Source of the DNA: Octopus sinensis
Taxonomy: Eukaryota
Assembly (NCBI RefSeq): GCF_006345805.1
Contig: NW_021836092.1
Coordinates: 1-25,405 of the forward strand
Direction of reading: 5' to 3'
Length of the DNA stretch: 25,405 bases
Below the pieces are notes generated by a model, which saw nothing but the letters and a program-made list of their open reading frames with translations, was not told where the DNA came from and did no database searches. The stretch's first letter is position 1. Each line of letters begins with the position of its first letter. The translations under genes and the position numbers were made by a program. Below are positions 21,671 to 25,405 of this stretch, one piece after another.

Positions 21671-22183
21671 CATACATGCCGGTAGTCAACGATATTCTTA
21701 TCCGATACTTTGTTATCCGAGCAGAATAAATTGCTTACGGAAACAGAATGCAATTTTCTAATCGCATACTTATTTAATTACCATTATGATGACGTGTTAA
21801 TTATATTCACATCATCTTAATTACCTGAAGTGATTAACGATACAGAATGGAAGAACCTGTTTAAGTCGTTAATTATGAAATTGTGGCTGGACATTCAGTT
21901 GTATTATAGTATGATGATGGTGTATCGGGTTTAGAGTTAATTCTTCATGTAATCACCTTTGAATACCGATGCCAAAGTTGTGATAAAGGTTACTATTCTA
22001 AATTTTCACTTGGAGCCACTAGTAGCTAATTCTGATGTATGGGAAGAGATGTTTGGGTGTGAGACGTTATGGCACAGCCGTTTTGGTACAGCCGTTTTGG
22101 CACCGCTGATTCGACGCTTACTTCTTTGACAATTGACTTTTCTAATGCTTAATACTTATAAGTGCTTCTGCGTTCCCTATCTC

Positions 22184-22190
22184 TTCTTTC

Positions 22191-22269
<79 letters not shown>

Positions 22270-22271
22270 TC
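22184..22271. repeat. (TTTC)n microsatellite
   Basis: Direct read. Confidence 0.95.
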
Positions 22272-22390
22272 AACGTCTGTTTCTTTTCGTTCGTCTGTCA
22301 CTCTTTTTCTCTGAATGTTTATGTTTCTGCGCGTGCGTGAATGTGTGCATGCATGTGGATAGTGTTGTGTATGTATATATGTATGGATAT

Positions 22391-22607
22391 AAACACACCA
22401 ACAACGGTTGTCAAGTGGTGGTGGGACAAACACAGATACAGGGATACACACACGCATACACACATACATATGTATATATGCATATATGACGAGCTTCTTT
22501 AAGTTTCTGTCTATCAAATCCACCCACAAGGCCCGAGGTTATTGTAGAAGACATTTTCCCAAGGTGCCACGCAGTAGGACTGAACCCAGAACCATGTGGT
22601 TGGGAAT
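22391..22607 (-). mobile_element. SINE family D, 5'/middle part, truncated at both ends
   Basis: Aligns with 7130-7350 (CCCAAGGTGCCACGCAGTAGGACTGAACCC). Confidence 0.8.
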
Positions 22608-22968
22608 GGGATTGTTACGGCTTTGTGGGATAACTGTCAGAGATAGTGTTATTAAGATGTGAAAGAATGCGAACCATGTAAGGGCCTATTAAGAAACAGG
22701 GCAAAGTCGAAAGATTAAGGAGAATAACGACAGGTAGCAAAAAACAGCCACTGCTTTTGGACGAGTCAACGGTCAGGAAACCAATCGTGTGTCGCTGCTT
22801 CTGTAGCACCTGAAGATGACCAGAGCAGGATCAGAATAAACAGAATAGCTGCATCCTCCGAAGCGTCAACTCCGGCGTCTGACAAGATTGGACACCACAA
22901 GATCGAAAGGGTTCTTCTCCAACACAGAACCTGCCAAAGAATTGAGCAGAGGTTCCTTCACATTATCC

Positions 22969-23616
22969 AGTAGTTGTAGTAGTAGTGGTGGTGGTGGTGG
23001 TGGTAGTAGTTGTAGTAATAGTAGTAAGAATGGTAGTAGCAGTAATAGTAATAGTAGTAGTGATATTAGTAATAATAATATCATTGAGTGAGAAGGCAGA
23101 GCAGGCCATCAAAGTGATACTGGGGTAAAATACACGAAACCCAGTATACCCATCATGACGACCCGTCTGACAACCATATGTGCACAACATGGTGATCTCA
23201 TATCAAGATTAACAGCGCATGACCTTGCAAGTGGGGCTCAGCTAGAATTTTCTTTAGGTCGAGCAGCCTATCCTACTTATATGGTCCTTGAATAAAGGTT
23301 GTTTAAGGATGTTGAATGAAATACCAAAAGTACCAGAGGCGAATTATTCAAACCCCAAAGAATCCCTCTCAACACATGGCTATGATGCTCCCCAACTACT
23401 TCTGCTCGTGATCAGAGATGCACATATCGTCAGCCACTAAGGGACATGCTCAACTGGTTAAGGTCAAACAACTGACAAGCAAATCTGTAGTATTGAGCAG
23501 AATATTTGCTGTAGCCCATCTTTTATACCAAGACAAAACAATGTACATGATAACACTTCCAATCAGTTAAGACCAGAAGCCACGAGAACCAATGCCTGGT
23601 ACTGCATCAGGGCATT
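22969..23616 (-). mobile_element. Non-coding retroposon-like interspersed repeat (~530 bp) with simple-repeat tail
   Basis: Body 23084-23616 ends on the minus strand in CTCACTCAAT followed by an (ATT/ACT/ACC)n tail (22969-23083). No ORF. Recognised as a common Octopus-type repeat, not verified. Confidence 0.5.
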
Positions 23617-23789
23617 AGCAAATCTGTGGTATTGAGCAGAATATTTGCTGTAGCCCATCTTTTCTATCAAGAAAAAAACAATGTATATGATAACACTTCT
23701 TGAGAAGTACATGGAACAAATAATACATTTTTCCATTCGAGTCAATACAAAACTACAGATAGTGTTTATGGAGTTTTGATTTGCTGTCG

Positions 23790-23812
23790 AGTGACTTTTG
23801 GCCAACCCTGTA
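23790..23812 (-). mobile_element. Isolated Tc1/mariner-like terminal inverted repeat end
   Basis: Minus strand TACAGGGTTGGCCAAAAGTCAC beginning at a TA; a similar end TACAGGGTGGCCCAAAG lies at 15462-15478. No partner TIR found. Confidence 0.35.
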
Positions 23813-23860
23813 TATATGTATATATATATGTATGTGTGTGTCTGCGCATGGATATGACTT

Positions 23861-24078
23861 TGTGTCTGCGTTTGTACTCCACGACCGCTTGACATCCGGT
23901 TTCGAAGTGTTTACGTCCTGATAACTTAACGTTTCGAGAAAAGAAATCGATAAGATAAGTTACAGGCTTAAATTTAAAAAAATAACCACAAGTTCTAGAG
24001 TCGCTGCGTTCGACTAAAACTCAACAAAGCGGTGCACCAGCATGGTCGCAGTCTAATGACTGGAACAAGTAAAAGATA
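23861..24078 (+). mobile_element. SINE family D, diverged 3' half
   Basis: Ends GCGGTGCACCAGCATGGTCGCAGTCTAATGACTGGAACAAGTAAAAGA. Confidence 0.8.
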
Positions 24079-24274
24079 AGATATATTGTTATCGCATTCA
24101 ATTTCTTCTGTAATACAGTATCCTTTCGCTTGCAGTGACATGTCGATTGATATACTGGTAGATTATGCTTAGTCTCTCATAAGGTTTTAATAATGATTTT
24201 TTTCTCTCCAACGGTCTAAAGCCATATTATAAAGTAGTTCATTGCATCGATTCGGCCATCTTTCTTCTACATCT

Positions 24275-24600
24275 GTGACACATACAAACATGCATACATA
24301 CATACGTACATACATACATGCATACATACATACATACACACACACACATACATACATTCATACATATATACATACATACATATATACATACATACATACA
24401 TACATACACACACATACATACATGTATGCACACACATACATGCACACACACATACATACATACATACACACATACATACATGTATGCACACACATACATG
24501 CACACACACACATACATACATACATACATACATACATACATACACACACATACACATTCATACATGCATACATACATACATACACACCCACATATATATA
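24275..24600. repeat. (CATA)n/(CA)n compound microsatellite
   Basis: Direct read; source of the MYVC/HTYI ORFs. Confidence 0.95.
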
Positions 24601-24836
24601 TATACGACAGGCGTCTTTCATTTTCCGTCTACCAAATCCACTCATAGGTCTTTGGTCAGCCCTGGGTTATAATAGGAGACATATATATGTATATATGTTT
24701 GTATGCGTGTATTTATGTTCTTTTACTTGTTTCAGTCATCTGACTGCGGCCGTGCTGGAGCACCGCCTTGAAGGGTTTTAGTCGAAGAAATCGACCCCAG
24801 AACATATTCTTTGCAAACCTAGTGCTTATTCTATCA
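24601..24836 (-). mobile_element. Two SINE family D fragments (middle part 24601-24681; 3' part 24719-24836)
   Basis: Each aligns to a part of 6981-7382. Their order is not collinear, so they are separate copies. Confidence 0.75.
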
Positions 24837-24837
24837 G

Positions 24838-24910
24838 CCGTTTCGGTTGATAAACTCTCCAGCTTCATCAGGTGTGTTGGGGGAAATTTCGAACCGGGGT
24901 TCTCATTCCT
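24838..24910 (-). mobile_element. Penelope-like fragment with truncated hammerhead motif
   Basis: Minus strand CAC-CTGATGA-AGCTGGAGAGTTTATCAACC-GAAAC-GG, then fused to SINE D sequence. Confidence 0.45.
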
Positions 24911-24940
24911 GACATATTTTTTGATGTTGTTGTTGTTGTT

Positions 24941-24981
<41 letters not shown>

Positions 24982-25141
24982 TTTCATTTCTTGCCGAGTG
25001 TCTTCCCGACTCCTAGGGCAAAGAAACTCATAGTATACATTGGTAGGCCATTAAACCAAACTCAATAGTTCGTTCATTTTTTTTTTTTTTTAAATTAAAT
25101 TAAAATACATGAGCAGCAACAGTTCTCATATCGACAATCGC

Positions 25142-25142
<1 letters not shown>

Positions 25143-25195
<53 letters not shown>

Positions 25196-25342
25196 CATTA
25201 TTATTATTATTATCATCATTATTATTATTATCATCATTATTATCATTATTATTATTATTATTATTATTCAGGTTACTGCCTGGAATCGAACTCGGAATCT
25301 TGGGGTTAGTAGCCCGCGCTCTTAACCACTACGCTATACTCC
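25143..25342 (-). mobile_element. Simple SINE: tRNA-like head joined directly to a ~125-bp (AAT/GAT)n tail
   Basis: Head GGAGTATAGCGTAGTGGTTAAGAGCGCGGGCTACTAACCCCAAGATTCCGAGTTCGATTCCAGG has A and B boxes, but its acceptor and T stems pair poorly. Confidence 0.7.
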
Positions 25343-25405
25343 TGTGTGTATATTATCTTTATAATATGTATTTTACCTAAATGGATTTTTATATACTGGC
25401 CACTT

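Noticed and set aside
22070-22105. Duplicated CAGCCGTTTTGG as a DNA-transposon subterminal repeat
   Set aside because: Only two copies; no terminal inverted repeat or partner end.
22804-22852. CTGAAGA-TGACC...GGATCA-GAAT hammerhead-like string
   Set aside because: GAAU instead of GAAA, no stem III, and stem I offset by 2 nt.
25269-25342. tRNA gene call here and at other SINE heads
   Set aside because: Acceptor and T stems do not pair properly, and the heads are joined to SINE bodies or tails.

Overview
Eukaryotic, very AT-rich, repeat-dominated non-coding DNA. The repeat families look like those of Octopus (inferred from recognising the families, no database search). No intact protein-coding gene, tRNA/rRNA gene or CRISPR array is supported, and almost all supplied ORFs are microsatellite read-throughs. 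Supported content: (i) about 20 tRNA-derived SINE copies or fragments in several modular families (labelled A-D here), several with clear target-site duplications (TSDs); (ii) decayed fragments of Tx1/L1-like, RTE (x2) and CR1 LINEs and a DD34D mariner transposase pseudogene; (iii) many (TA)n, (ATCT)n, (CATA)n and trinucleotide runs; (iv) local rearrangements: a 616-bp tandem array, templated duplications and fold-back palindromes. The best candidate for a hidden system is a set of five unrelated non-coding repeat families that each carry a minimal type I hammerhead ribozyme (HHR) motif, four of them beside (TA)n runs. The best example is a ~540-bp ORF-less unit in tandem plus inverted arrangement at 12935-14472, resembling a Penelope-like-element (PLE) / retrozyme repeat. 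That block also shows signs of long-read consensus error and needs raw-read confirmation.
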